A stretch of 64,000 nucleotides of DNA from a virus (taxonomy: Duplodnaviria > Heunggongvirae > Uroviricota > Caudoviricetes), in IMG/VR virus record IMGVR_UViG_2639762884_000001; one strand, given 5' to 3'. The translations under genes were made by a program, and so were the position numbers. Below are positions 36,276 to 46,161 of this stretch, in pieces. The notes beneath the pieces are model-generated. The model saw only the letters and a list, made by a program, of their open reading frames with translations. It had not been told where the DNA came from and made no database searches. The number at the start of each line of letters is the position of its first letter. Position 1 is the stretch's first letter.

Positions 36276-36808
36276 ACCGCTGACAGCATACACAATCAAC
36301 TGCCGCTGATAGCATATCGAGAGTCTATCTCACCGCTCACAGCATACTTTACTCGATTTTTTACCGCTGACAGCATACTTAAGACATTGCATGAATAATG
36401 TGTACCGGTATGGGTATAACCAGAACAAAATTACCGCTGGCAGCATACGAAGGTCTGATATATGCCATTAATTACCGCTGATAGCATATCCAAACAAAAA
36501 TTCCTCAATAAAACACCGCTGACAGCATACGTTCTATCAGGGAGCAGCAGGGAATAAATACCTTTCACTACAAGTAATCAGCGCAATGGGAATAGAATGT
36601 TAGTGAGCGCAAACCTATATGGAATGCACTCTTCGAGGTTAGTAACCACTGGGGAGGTATAAAAGAGCATTGAGTGGTGATAGATGATTTACCGCTCACA
36701 GCATACGTTTATCTCACTATACCGCTGGTAGCATATCTTTAACCGTTCACAGCATACTTTTCAGAAAAATAGCCGCTGATAGCATACATTTCACCGCTGA
36801 CAGCATAT
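36276..36808. repeat. iteron array I (12 copies of ACCGCTGACAGCATAC-like 16-mer) downstream of repA
   Basis: Copies start near 36276, 36302, 36332, 36363, 36433, 36474, 36515, 36691, 36721, 36742, 36772, 36793; variants CCGCT(G/C)(A/G)(C/T)AGCATA(C/T). Confidence 0.8.
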
Positions 36809-37902
36809 CAAAGCAGTTTGAGACTATTGGAAAGGATCTCAATCATCTTGATATTTTCAGGCGTCAAATTCTGCGAAAGTTCAGTTATCTTGTTGATAAT
36901 GTTCTGTTTAGCATCAATTTCCCCGGCTTTCTCATCTGGTTTTTTGGGTTCGATGTCTTCAGGTTTTGGCGGTGCGACTTTAAGTTTTGGATTGCGGCTG
37001 TGAATCTGGATATAGATCGACCGCCCTCGCTTAATCTCGCTGTATTCGAGATAGCCCAAATCTTGGAGAGCTTTTAAGCCGTTACGTATAGTCTGATTCT
37101 GCGAGCTTACATTCCTGCTACTCAAATTGAGTCGCGCACGCAATCGAGCAAGCGATACCGGCGCAGGCTTGGTTGGAAGACTTTCGATGAAGGTGTACAG
37201 AGCCTGTGCTGTTTCTTTGCGTGGTAGCTTATTGATAACCTTTAACTGCAAAAGAACCTTATGGTCAAAGCGATATAGTTCGGCCAGCTTCGGTTCTGCA
37301 TAGAACACCACCGTATCTTTCTGCTCGTTGTAGTCCACGCTATTGATGAGGTGCACCATCAGAAGCGAGATCTTGTTAGAGCCGTCGACGTTCTTTTCTT
37401 CATACGTTCTCTGGAAAGACAGAGTTGTACGCATGATCTTCAAAAGACTGTTTGTAAGCCGGTCGCGGAGTGTTTTGCGGATCTGTGACGATGGATAGCC
37501 ACAAAACTTCGCAAATTTCGTGATGCTTAACTCGACACGACCGTTAGGTTCGCCGTATTCTGCCAGCGAACGCACAACGCCCACCCACGTTTTGAAATCA
37601 TGATCCATGTCGAGACGAGGACCGGTTATCTTGATATCGGAATAGCCTTCAGAACGGGCTACTTCGAGCTGAACAAGCTCCTTTGAAGCATCGATCTCAT
37701 TTGGCTTGTTACGCTTGCTGTATTTTGTCCCCTTGAGCGTGGGCACGAACAATCCCAGCCGCATCAACGCAATTGGTTGGACTGTATTGTTGCTATTAGG
37801 GACAAGTTCCCCTGTGTACAATTCAAGGGAACCTTCTTCAAAGTTGTCGAGATTATCTTCTACTTCTTTGTTATTTTTACCTTTTTTATTTTTTGTGGAC
37901 AT
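36808..37902 (-). CDS. repA: plasmid-type replication initiator (RepA-like, iteron-binding)
   Basis: 365-aa basic protein flanked on both sides by iterons; ATG 37902 with AAAGG RBS (table start 38022 would run through the origin iterons); call rests on context. Confidence 0.6.
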   Translation of the reverse strand: MSTKNKKGKNNKEVEDNLDNFEEGSLELYTGELVPNSNNTVQPIALMRLGLFVPTLKGTKYSKRNKPNEIDASKELVQLEVARSEGYSDIKITGPRLDMDHDFKTWVGVVRSLAEYGEPNGRVELSITKFAKFCGYPSSQIRKTLRDRLTNSLLKIMRTTLSFQRTYEEKNVDGSNKISLLMVHLINSVDYNEQKDTVVFYAEPKLAELYRFDHKVLLQLKVINKLPRKETAQALYTFIESLPTKPAPVSLARLRARLNLSSRNVSSQNQTIRNGLKALQDLGYLEYSEIKRGRSIYIQIHSRNPKLKVAPPKPEDIEPKKPDEKAGEIDAKQNIINKITELSQNLTPENIKMIEILSNSLKLL

Positions 37903-37922
37903 GTGGACACCTTTGTCATTCA

Positions 37923-38024
37923 ACCGCTGACAGCATACTTGATTTGCCGCTGACAGAATACCAAAAACAGTTGGCAGCATACGGTGAACCGCTGACAGAC
38001 TATCAATTACCGCTGACAGCATAC
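37923..38024. repeat. iteron array II (4-5 copies) upstream of repA: candidate origin
   Basis: Same 16-mer at ~37923, 37946, 37971 (partial), 37988, 38009 with ~21-25 bp spacing. Confidence 0.75.
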
Positions 38025-38059
38025 ATGAACATGGCTTCAGACCAGTCGTGGCGCGGCTT

Positions 38060-38140
38060 ACAGCGATCGGGGATCTTATTTGATCTATACAAGGATCTAT
38101 CTATGGATCTCTTTATTAGGATCTATCCTGTGGATATGTG
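38060..38140. promoter_or_regulatory. origin-adjacent GATC cluster with DnaA-box-like site
   Basis: Six GATC within ~60 bp (repeated GGATCT/AGGATCTAT units) and TGTGGATAT at ~38129-38137 (one mismatch to TGTGGATAA). Confidence 0.55.
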
Positions 38141-38223
38141 AATAATTAAAACAGGCATTTACTACCTTCGGCGCACCTGGTGGGTTATCGTTGCCTCGGC
38201 TAACAATCACAGAAAAATGACAT

Positions 38224-38868
38224 ATGGATCTAAAACGCACGCGCTGGGTTCGTCGTCTTGAAGACGGCTCCTACACTATCGAATCAAATTCCAACCTGAA
38301 TAAGCAGAAGTTGCTTTGTGACATCTGCGGTATAGCGGCGAAGTGCCCGATCTACGAAACCAGAATTAAACTTGATAAGGCTGGTGTGAATTTTCATTTA
38401 AACAGTTGCATCAGGTACGTTCCATTACTCGCATTTCGTAAACCGATCATCGGATTGGATGCTCCCTACTTCAACACACTCCGTTCAGGTGTGACGTGGC
38501 GAGATCGTTTATCACCAGACAAGCTGATTTGCCTCGTATCCGCAGACACAGGGAAAATCATCCGTTTTGGGAAAGTAGACAAGGTTTACTCAGGCCCAGT
38601 AGACGAAATGTTGCGGAAACACAGCCGGTTTAATCATCTCTGTATGGGTGGTGAGAAAATCGAGAAGGTAGAAGAAGTGATCCGCAAATCCTACGGACAC
38701 TTTCTGACCAAAGATAGCCTGCTCACCGCAATCTACATCAGACATGTAAAACGTGAGTTCGACCTCGAATACCACAGCGAAGAAGAGCTTAACCTTGTTG
38801 ACCCACGTCCAAAAGCTGGCGTCATAAGCATAAACGCAGCGCGTAAAAAGCCCACTGACGCGCTGTAA
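38224..38868 (+). CDS. hypothetical protein
   Basis: 214-aa ORF next to the origin region. Confidence 0.5.
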   Translation: MDLKRTRWVRRLEDGSYTIESNSNLNKQKLLCDICGIAAKCPIYETRIKLDKAGVNFHLNSCIRYVPLLAFRKPIIGLDAPYFNTLRSGVTWRDRLSPDKLICLVSADTGKIIRFGKVDKVYSGPVDEMLRKHSRFNHLCMGGEKIEKVEEVIRKSYGHFLTKDSLLTAIYIRHVKREFDLEYHSEEELNLVDPRPKAGVISINAARKKPTDAL

Positions 38869-38990
38869 CCCTCCAGATCGTATATTGGCGTAGATAGAAT
38901 CTACGCCCCCTCAAAATAGCTCTCATAGCGTTCTACAGTGATCCTGTCTTATTTTTAGTCATACAGACAAGCAAAGTTGCGCCACGATAA

Positions 38991-39009
38991 ATAGGTATAT
39001 ACTTACTTA
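38991..39009. promoter_or_regulatory. ATAGGTATATACTTACTTA motif (family member)
   Basis: ~130 nt upstream of SbcD-like gene. Confidence 0.3.
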
Positions 39010-39122
39010 TAAATTTTGTATATTAAGGCGCTCGTTTCATTCCTAACATACCGTTATGCATAGTTGTTTACCTCCTCATTGCTCTTAGAATTTGTATCAA
39101 AATAACCACAAAGGAAAAATAC

Positions 39123-40208
39123 ATGACTTTGCCATACGGCGTCATTTCTGACTGCCACTACCACAAATGGGATGCGTTCTCCACGACGAACGCTGAGGGG
39201 CTTAACTCCAGACTTGAAATACAGTTGGAAGCAACGAAAGAAGCAGCCATCGCCATGAAGAAGGCCGGTTGTAAGTACATGTTGGTTGCCGGTGATACAT
39301 TTCACGTCCGAGGAACTGTGTCCCCTTCTGTTTTGCATTACGTAACTGAAACGTACAAGTGGATTATCAACGAGCTTGATCTGACAGTAGTAATGCTGGC
39401 CGGTAATCACGATCTTGAAACCAACGATTCAGTATATAGCGCCAACGCAGCAGCATCGCTGAGTTCTATCGGCGTGGTAATCGTATGTGGCAAGCGCCCA
39501 CACTCAATAAAAATTGGTGATGTGACTGTCCACCTGATTAGCTGGCGTAACAATCATGCGGAACTTATCAGCGATCTGAAAGCATTACGTAAGAGCGTAG
39601 AAGGTGATAATCATGACGTTGTTATCCATACATCCATTAACAAAGCCATTCCAACAATGCCTGACGTCGGTATCGATGCGCAGGAGTTAAAGGATATCGG
39701 CTTTCGTCTCGTGCTTAGTGGGCATTACCACAACCACAAAGAGGTCATTCCTGGAGTTATCAGTGTCGGTGCACTGACTCATCAAAATTGGGGAGATGTT
39801 GGATCTCTGGCTGGCTACATGATCGTAAACCCGGACGGCAGTTTCAGTCACTACGAAACCAGTGCGCCTAAATTCATTAACCTGGAAGATGATGTTGCTG
39901 ATGACCAAATTCGCGGCAACTACGTGCGTTTCCGCGCCGTAATTGAGAACGATGAAGAAGGCATTAAGTACCAGAACATCCTCAAAACAATGGGTGCAAA
40001 AGGTGTCGTGTGCAACTTCATCCGTAAGTCATCAATGATGGAAGGGACAGCCAGCACAACTGAAACCAGCAAAATCGATAGCCTAGGAGAGTCGGTATCT
40101 GCTTATTGCAAGATTGTCCACGATACTGACGGCGGATTTGATCTGAGCAAATTGGATATTTTGTGTCAGGAAATCCTCACCGAAGCGGAGAGTTCGGAGG
40201 CTGTGTGA
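39123..40208 (+). CDS. SbcD/Mre11-like nuclease (calcineurin-like phosphoesterase)
   Basis: Phosphoesterase motifs GDTFH, MLAGNHD, GHYHNH; followed by SbcC-like ATPase. Confidence 0.75.
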   Translation: MTLPYGVISDCHYHKWDAFSTTNAEGLNSRLEIQLEATKEAAIAMKKAGCKYMLVAGDTFHVRGTVSPSVLHYVTETYKWIINELDLTVVMLAGNHDLETNDSVYSANAAASLSSIGVVIVCGKRPHSIKIGDVTVHLISWRNNHAELISDLKALRKSVEGDNHDVVIHTSINKAIPTMPDVGIDAQELKDIGFRLVLSGHYHNHKEVIPGVISVGALTHQNWGDVGSLAGYMIVNPDGSFSHYETSAPKFINLEDDVADDQIRGNYVRFRAVIENDEEGIKYQNILKTMGAKGVVCNFIRKSSMMEGTASTTETSKIDSLGESVSAYCKIVHDTDGGFDLSKLDILCQEILTEAESSEAV

Positions 40209-40441
40209 AGCAAAGTCGTTATGGGAGCTTTCGAGACTTTGCCATCACGATGAAAAGACTTGAACGAGGCCAGACGGTGATGTTTCACAAGCCCTACCCG
40301 CCACAAGGAAATCCCGTAGCGTTTTATCTTGGAAGGTTAACAAGAAAAGGCGTATTGAGGCGCAGATCCTTCCCGGCGCATACGGAGTTCAGATTGAAAG
40401 AAGGCCAAAAGCTAACACACGGTATCAGAGGTGTTATATGA
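40163..40441 (+). CDS. small hypothetical ORF between SbcD and SbcC (uncertain)
   Basis: 92-aa ORF overlapping SbcD 3' end; no clear RBS. Confidence 0.2.
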   Translation: MSGNPHRSGEFGGCVKQSRYGSFRDFAITMKRLERGQTVMFHKPYPPQGNPVAFYLGRLTRKGVLRRRSFPAHTEFRLKEGQKLTHGIRGVI

Positions 40442-42354
40442 AGTTTTTAAAGCTCCAGGTTGAGAATTTTATGGCTATCGCCAGCGCGGAGGTCGAGTTA
40501 GATCAGCGTGGTTTAGTGCTCATTCAGGGTGTTAATAGTGATGATAGTTCCGCATCAAGTAATGGCTCTGGAAAGTCAACTCTAATGAATAGCCTGATGT
40601 GGTGTCTTTATGGCGAAACAGCTCATGGTGTGAAGGGTGACGATGTGTTGTCTACCGACCATGAAAAGAACTGTCGTGTTGCAGTAACCATCGAGGATGA
40701 AGGCAAGAGATACGCAATCATTCGTCACCGTAAACACAAAGAGTTCAAAAATCGTCTTATCGTTCGTGGTGAAGATGGCGATATGACGAAAGGCAAAGAT
40801 GCGCTGACGCAGGAGTTCGTCGAGCGTCTGATCGGTGCATCTAAAGAGGTTTTCATGGCTTCCATCTATGCGAGCCAAGAAGCTATGCCAGATTTACCTG
40901 GAATGTCCGACAAAAACCTCAAAACCATCGTAGAAGAAGCCGCTGGCGTTGACAGACTGACACGCGCCTACGCTATTGCTCGTGAGCGAGCTAATGCAGC
41001 TGCCGCACGTATGGATGTGGTTAAAACCAAATTGGAGTCGACAATCTCGACCATTGAGGCAACACAGTCAGAAATTGAGTCAGCGAAAGCCTCCTCTGAA
41101 TCATGGGAGCAAGAGCGTTCTAAACGTTATGACGATGCCCTGGCTGGGCTGGCCAGTGCCGAAGTTGAGTTAACGGAAGTTGAACTTGAGATCCGCACTC
41201 TTCCCGAACAGATACGTGATACCGAGAAGGCAATCGAAAGTGAGCGCAAAAAGTTAGCCTCAAAAGAAGAACATGACGCCAAGTTGCTCAAAGTTCGTGG
41301 TGCGATAACTGATATTCGGGCAAGCATCAACGCTACAGAAAATAGTCAGGCTGATGCAATGAACCGCGCGCGTAATTTTAAGACCAAAGCAGAAGAGGTT
41401 GGTACTAAAGTGGGATCACCATGCCCTACTTGTGGCAAAGCCTACTGCGAAGAAGATCTATCAACGGTGAAGGAGAATTTCATTGAACAAGCACGTCAGG
41501 AAATTGGTCAGGCGAAGACACTTGCAGAGGCAATGGCTAAACACAAAACGAATCTTGAGAAAGCGTTAAGCATTGAGTCTGCCCTTGTTAAAACGACACC
41601 TGATGTAACGGCTATCATTGCCCGGATTGAAGAGCTTACGAAACAACTCTCATCTTTGCGTCATCGTGAGAAGGAGGTTGTTGCTATTGAGTCTCTTGTG
41701 ACTCGTGCTCGTACTGAGGTCGATCGTATATCAAAAGAGATTAATCCGTTTATTGCTCTTATCGCCAGACACGAAGATAACTTGGTATCCAGTAAGTCTA
41801 CCTTCAAGTCCTTAAAAGATGAGTTGAAGGCTATTCAGGAACAAACGTTGCTATTGGAAAAAGCTCGTCAGGTCTACTCTCCTGCCGGGGTGCGTTCTCA
41901 TATTTTGACGTCTGTTACGCCTTTCCTGAATACACGCACTGCCGAGTATCTCAATACGTTGTCTGACGGGAATATTACTGCTGAGTGGTCGACGATGGAT
42001 GTCACTAAAAAAGGTGAGTATCGCGACAAATTCAACATTAGTGTGCAGAAGAAAGGTTCAAGTAAGTCGTTCCAGACCCTCTCTGGTGGTGAGAAGCGGA
42101 AGGTTCGCATTGCGTGTTCTTTGGCATTGCAGGATCTGGTTAGTAACCGGGCGAGTAAAAACATCGATTTGTTTATCGGCGACGAAATTGACGATGCACT
42201 CGATACAGCCGGTCTTGAACGCCTCATGGGTATTCTGGAGTCCAAAGCTCGCGAGCGAGGTACTGTGCTGATTATCTCCCATAAAGAGATGAAGTCATGG
42301 TTCCGGGAAACTATTACGCTGGAAGTTAAAGAGGGGCGCAGCTATGTCGTTTAA
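40438..42354 (+). CDS. SbcC/Rad50-like ATPase
   Basis: N-terminal Walker A GSGKSTLMNSL; long coiled-coil middle with CPTCGK zinc hook-like motif; C-terminal signature LSGGEKRK and Walker B FIGDEIDD. Confidence 0.8.
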   Translation: MKFLKLQVENFMAIASAEVELDQRGLVLIQGVNSDDSSASSNGSGKSTLMNSLMWCLYGETAHGVKGDDVLSTDHEKNCRVAVTIEDEGKRYAIIRHRKHKEFKNRLIVRGEDGDMTKGKDALTQEFVERLIGASKEVFMASIYASQEAMPDLPGMSDKNLKTIVEEAAGVDRLTRAYAIARERANAAAARMDVVKTKLESTISTIEATQSEIESAKASSESWEQERSKRYDDALAGLASAEVELTEVELEIRTLPEQIRDTEKAIESERKKLASKEEHDAKLLKVRGAITDIRASINATENSQADAMNRARNFKTKAEEVGTKVGSPCPTCGKAYCEEDLSTVKENFIEQARQEIGQAKTLAEAMAKHKTNLEKALSIESALVKTTPDVTAIIARIEELTKQLSSLRHREKEVVAIESLVTRARTEVDRISKEINPFIALIARHEDNLVSSKSTFKSLKDELKAIQEQTLLLEKARQVYSPAGVRSHILTSVTPFLNTRTAEYLNTLSDGNITAEWSTMDVTKKGEYRDKFNISVQKKGSSKSFQTLSGGEKRKVRIACSLALQDLVSNRASKNIDLFIGDEIDDALDTAGLERLMGILESKARERGTVLIISHKEMKSWFRETITLEVKEGRSYVV

Positions 42355-43087
42355 ATTAAGCCGCTCGCAGTTTTTGCAGGTATTTGCAGTGATGCAGTCG
42401 ATAAAACTGATCAATGGGCATACTTCCAATGGTGCGGCTCCACGTATTCTGTGGGGCAGCAACAATATTGACGGAGTACAATTCGCCGCGTTGCTTGGTC
42501 TAATATCCGAGACGCCATTGATGCAAAGTTTGAAATCACTACCACCTGGATGTATTGCGCCGATCCTGATTAATCCTTTTGTTGAGGGGGGATATCTTCC
42601 CAACGTCGGGCCTGGGTTTATTGCATCCCATGAAACTGAAGATCTTAACATTAATAGCGAAGGGTTCTTTGGGGGAATGGGTGCGCATCACTGTATGGCT
42701 TTCACGAACCTTATTCGACTTGCCAATAAGCGGGTGGATAGTTTGGCATCGCCAGGTGATGCTTTTACTGGTTTCCTTATCCAAAGGAGGGATAAAAAGT
42801 ACAGTGCGGACAAACTACAGTTTGTTGGTAAGTATGGAGAAATGGTAGAAATCGAACTTCAGCTCCCTCATGTTTTAGCAAACGATAGTGCAGACAGTCG
42901 GAGGCTGTTGGGCATCATGCGTCATTTCATAGCAAGTGGTGTTAAACATGCCGCAGATAAACGTGTCACGCAGGAAAATGAGTATTCAGACTTTGCAAAC
43001 TATCCCCAACCAACGTTGCAAACGGCAATAGTAGCCAATTCGTTGGAGGCGAGATTATTGGAAAACCCTATATGGGGAACATGGTAA
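42344..43087 (+). CDS. hypothetical protein
   Basis: 247-aa ORF overlapping SbcC stop. Confidence 0.5.
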   Translation: MSFKLSRSQFLQVFAVMQSIKLINGHTSNGAAPRILWGSNNIDGVQFAALLGLISETPLMQSLKSLPPGCIAPILINPFVEGGYLPNVGPGFIASHETEDLNINSEGFFGGMGAHHCMAFTNLIRLANKRVDSLASPGDAFTGFLIQRRDKKYSADKLQFVGKYGEMVEIELQLPHVLANDSADSRRLLGIMRHFIASGVKHAADKRVTQENEYSDFANYPQPTLQTAIVANSLEARLLENPIWGTW

Positions 43088-43096
43088 GGAGACTAT

Positions 43097-43666
43097 ATGA
43101 GTAAAAAAATCAGCGTAGTTGGTGTTGATCCCTCAATGAGCAACTTTGGGCTTGCTGTGGGCACTTTAGACCTTGAGACGGACGAACTTGAGATTCACGG
43201 CCTTACTCTTGTTGAGACTAAAGCGGGGAGTAACAAAAAGACCGTTCGTGTGAACAGTGACGATCTGCGCCGAGCCAGTGAAATATGGCGTGTTGCGAAG
43301 CCAATCATTGATAAGGCAAATATGGTTTTTTGTGAGCTACCGGTTGGGAGCCAAAACTCTCGTTCGCAGACGTCTTACGGTATTTGTATCGGTGTACTTG
43401 CGTGTGTGGATAAGCCATTGATCCAGGTTACTCCAAACGAAATCAAGCATTTTGTCGGCAATAAACTTACTACATCGAAAGAAGAGATTATCCAGTGGGC
43501 TACGAAAAAACACCCTAAAGCACCGTGGCTGCGTCGTAAGCAATCTGGACAGGATGTTCTCGTGAACAAAAACGAACATTTGGCTGATGCGGTGGCTGCC
43601 ATCCATACCGGTATGCAAACAGATCAGTTCCGCCAGGTGCGCGATGTTCTTAAGTCTCTCATTTGA
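43097..43666 (+). CDS. RuvC-like Holliday junction resolvase
   Basis: N-terminal VVGVDPSMSNFGLAV and C-terminal LADAVAAIHTG resemble the RuvC/RNase H-fold resolvase pattern. Confidence 0.6.
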   Translation: MSKKISVVGVDPSMSNFGLAVGTLDLETDELEIHGLTLVETKAGSNKKTVRVNSDDLRRASEIWRVAKPIIDKANMVFCELPVGSQNSRSQTSYGICIGVLACVDKPLIQVTPNEIKHFVGNKLTTSKEEIIQWATKKHPKAPWLRRKQSGQDVLVNKNEHLADAVAAIHTGMQTDQFRQVRDVLKSLI

Positions 43667-43673
43667 TTTCATT

Positions 43674-43696
43674 GATAGGTAAGTGCTTATCTATTA
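43674..43696. promoter_or_regulatory. GATAGGTAAGTGCTTATCTATTA motif (family member)
   Basis: Just after RuvC stop, before a hairpin and nrdA. Confidence 0.3.
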
Positions 43697-43700
43697 ACAT

Positions 43701-43733
43701 GGGCCACTATATTTAGTGGCCCTCTTTATTTGG
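43701..43733 (+). terminator. rho-independent terminator-like hairpin before nrdA
   Basis: gggccact atattt agtggccc followed by tctttattt. Confidence 0.5.
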
Positions 43734-43739
43734 TGATAC

Positions 43740-46055
43740 ATGATAAGCATCGTAAAACGTAACGGCCAAACAGAGCCGTTATCCGAAGAAAAATACAACC
43801 GCGTCGTAATGTATGGCGTAGAAGGCATTCGTGGTGTAAGCGCATCCGCTGTAGCAATGGGAGCTGCGGCCAGCATTTTTGATGGGATTACCACCAGCCA
43901 GTTGCATGAGGCTTTGGTTAAATCTGCCGCTGATTTGATCTCACCAGAAGCACCAAATTACTCACAGGTGGCTGCCCGCCTGAACATTTTTAAAATCCGC
44001 AAAGATGCCTTCGGTCGTTACGACTATCCGAACTTCTACCAACACATTGTCAAGAACGTTAACAAGGGCGTTTATGACAAGGATTTGCTGACACATTATT
44101 CGTTTGAAGAGATCGAAGAACTCGGCAATTACATTAAGCCGAAACGTGACGATCTTTTTGGCTATGCAGCTACGGTGCAGTTGCAAAGCAAATACCTCGT
44201 TCAAAACCGTGTTACTGGTGAGATTCATGAGGGGCCGCAACATATCTATATGCTGGTAGGCATGTGTCTGTTCCAGAATTGGGAAGACGACTGCGCTGGC
44301 AAAACACGTATGGAGATGGTCAAAGGTTTCTATGACGTTACAAGTACGTTCAAACTGTCTCTGCCCACACCAATCATGGCCGGCGTCCGTACTCCAACCC
44401 GTCAGTTCTCCAGTTGTGTGCTGATTGAGTCTGGCGATAGTCTGAAAGGGATTAGTGCAGCTTCAGCCGCAATTATCGACTACGTTTCACGTCGTGCTGG
44501 AATTGGTATTGGTTTTGGCCGTATCCGTGCGCTGGGCAGCGAGATCCGCAATGGTGAAGCCACCCATACTGGAGTTATTCCATTCCTGAAGCATTTCCAG
44601 ACGGCTGTTAAATCTTGTTCGCAAGGTGGTGTTCGTGGTGGCGCAGCAACAGCGTTTTACCCGATCTGGCATCTTGAAGTTGAAAGTCTGCTGGTGGTGA
44701 AAAATAACCGTGGTATTGATGAAAACCGCGTTCGCCATCTTGATTACGGCGTCATGAGTAACCGTCTAATGTACCGTCGACTCGTCAGAAGCGAGAACAT
44801 CACTCTGTTCAGCCCGCATGATGTGCCTGATATGTACGAAGCCTTCTTCACAGACCAGGAGCTGTTTGAAAAGCTGTACCATAAATACGAAGCCGATGAT
44901 TCAATTCGCAAGAAGTCAGTACCTGCCATTGAGCTGTTCTCATCTCTGATGCAGGAACGAGCGTCCACGGGCCGAATTTATATTGCGAACGTCGATCATA
45001 TTAATGAGCATGGCGCTTTCATTCCTGCTCTTGCACCTGTTCGCCAGTCAAACCTGTGTATGGAGATCACCCTACCCACCCGTCCACTGGCATTTACCGA
45101 CGACCCGAACGGTGAGATCGCGCTATGCACTTTATCCGCTTTTAACCTCGGAGCCATCCGTTCACTGGAGTCTCTTAAAGAGGTGGCGTTCTATGCCGTT
45201 GCTGCACTGGATTCGTTACTGGATTATCAAGACTATCCGATGGAGGCAGCCGAAGTGCCTGCCAAAGCTCGTCGTAGCTTGGGAATTGGTGTAACCAACT
45301 TTGCTTATTACCTGGCAAAGAATGGCGTTCGTTATTCTGATACCGCTGGCAATAAACTGGTGCATGAAACGTTCGAAGCTATCCAGTATTACCTTCTTGA
45401 TGCCAGCTGCCGACTTGCTGAAGCAAAAGGTGAGTGTGACTGGTTTGAGCAGACCAAATACGCAATTGGTCAGTTGCCGATCGACCATTACCGTTCTTCA
45501 TTAGACGAAAGTGGCGAAACCAACTTTGAGTTAAAGATGCCGTGGGAAGAACTGCGTGAACGTATTGCAAAATACGGCCTTCGCAACTCCACTCTGACGG
45601 CACAAATGCCATGCGAGACTTCCAGCCAGATCACTAATTCCACCAACGGCATCGAACCGCCTCGTGGCCCGGTGTCAGTGAAATCTTCTAAGGACGGCAT
45701 CGTCAAGATGGTCGTGCCTGAGTTTGAAAAACTGAAGGAACAGTATGAATACCTGTGGGATATGCCGGACAACCGCGGCTATCTGACAAAGGTGGCGATC
45801 ATCCAGAAGTTCTTTGACCAGGCTATTTCAGCCAATACCAACTATGACCCTTCTCGCTTTGAAGGCGATAAAGTCCCAATGATGACGCTACTGTCAGATT
45901 TGCTTCTCGCCTACAAGATGGGAGTTAAAACGCTTTACTACCACAACACCAGAGATGGTGCAGGAAAGCGTGATGACGACGAACCGCAGAATCCACTGGC
46001 GCAAGCTGTAGCCGTCGAGCCAGAAGATGAGTGCGACGGAGCCTGCAAAATCTGA
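43740..46055 (+). CDS. nrdA: ribonucleoside-diphosphate reductase large subunit (class Ia)
   Basis: 771 aa; N-terminal ATP-cone-like segment; core shows the class I large-subunit pattern with a C-terminal Cys pair (EDECDGACKI). Confidence 0.85.
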   Translation: MISIVKRNGQTEPLSEEKYNRVVMYGVEGIRGVSASAVAMGAAASIFDGITTSQLHEALVKSAADLISPEAPNYSQVAARLNIFKIRKDAFGRYDYPNFYQHIVKNVNKGVYDKDLLTHYSFEEIEELGNYIKPKRDDLFGYAATVQLQSKYLVQNRVTGEIHEGPQHIYMLVGMCLFQNWEDDCAGKTRMEMVKGFYDVTSTFKLSLPTPIMAGVRTPTRQFSSCVLIESGDSLKGISAASAAIIDYVSRRAGIGIGFGRIRALGSEIRNGEATHTGVIPFLKHFQTAVKSCSQGGVRGGAATAFYPIWHLEVESLLVVKNNRGIDENRVRHLDYGVMSNRLMYRRLVRSENITLFSPHDVPDMYEAFFTDQELFEKLYHKYEADDSIRKKSVPAIELFSSLMQERASTGRIYIANVDHINEHGAFIPALAPVRQSNLCMEITLPTRPLAFTDDPNGEIALCTLSAFNLGAIRSLESLKEVAFYAVAALDSLLDYQDYPMEAAEVPAKARRSLGIGVTNFAYYLAKNGVRYSDTAGNKLVHETFEAIQYYLLDASCRLAEAKGECDWFEQTKYAIGQLPIDHYRSSLDESGETNFELKMPWEELRERIAKYGLRNSTLTAQMPCETSSQITNSTNGIEPPRGPVSVKSSKDGIVKMVVPEFEKLKEQYEYLWDMPDNRGYLTKVAIIQKFFDQAISANTNYDPSRFEGDKVPMMTLLSDLLLAYKMGVKTLYYHNTRDGAGKRDDDEPQNPLAQAVAVEPEDECDGACKI

Positions 46056-46060
46056 CATAT

Positions 46061-46092
46061 GGTGGGGGATATCCCCACCTTCTCTTTGATTT
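46061..46092 (+). terminator. rho-independent terminator
   Basis: ggtggggatatccccacc followed by ttctctttgattt. Confidence 0.6.
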
Positions 46093-46115
46093 GTAAGCCT
46101 TGTTTAAACACATAA

Positions 46116-46133
46116 GATAACAACTTGTTTAAA
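46116..46133. promoter_or_regulatory. GATAACAA-N-TTGTTT palindromic motif upstream of nrdB
   Basis: gataacaacttgtttaaa, 46 nt upstream of ATG 46162. Confidence 0.45.
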
Positions 46134-46161
46134 CGCACCAAAAAAGAAAAAGGAAAAACAC

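Noticed and set aside
37903-38022. Table start of the RepA-like ORF at 38022
   Set aside because: It would place the N-terminus across the origin iterons; ATG at 37902 has an AAAGG RBS and the upstream residues look non-protein-like. Coordinates here are deliberately given as the rejected 5' extension 37903-38022 on the minus strand.
36276-38024. Repeat arrays that could be mistaken for a CRISPR array
   Set aside because: Repeat unit is only ~16 bp with irregular 21-31-bp spacing, no cas genes are present, and the arrays bracket a RepA-like gene with DnaA box and GATC cluster, so they are plasmid iterons.
36022-38141. Table ORFs 36022..36261(-), 36818..37003(+), 37706..37930(+), 37893..38141(+)
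   Set aside because: They read through iterons or the GATC/DnaA-box origin or lie antisense within repA; their products are repeat translations.
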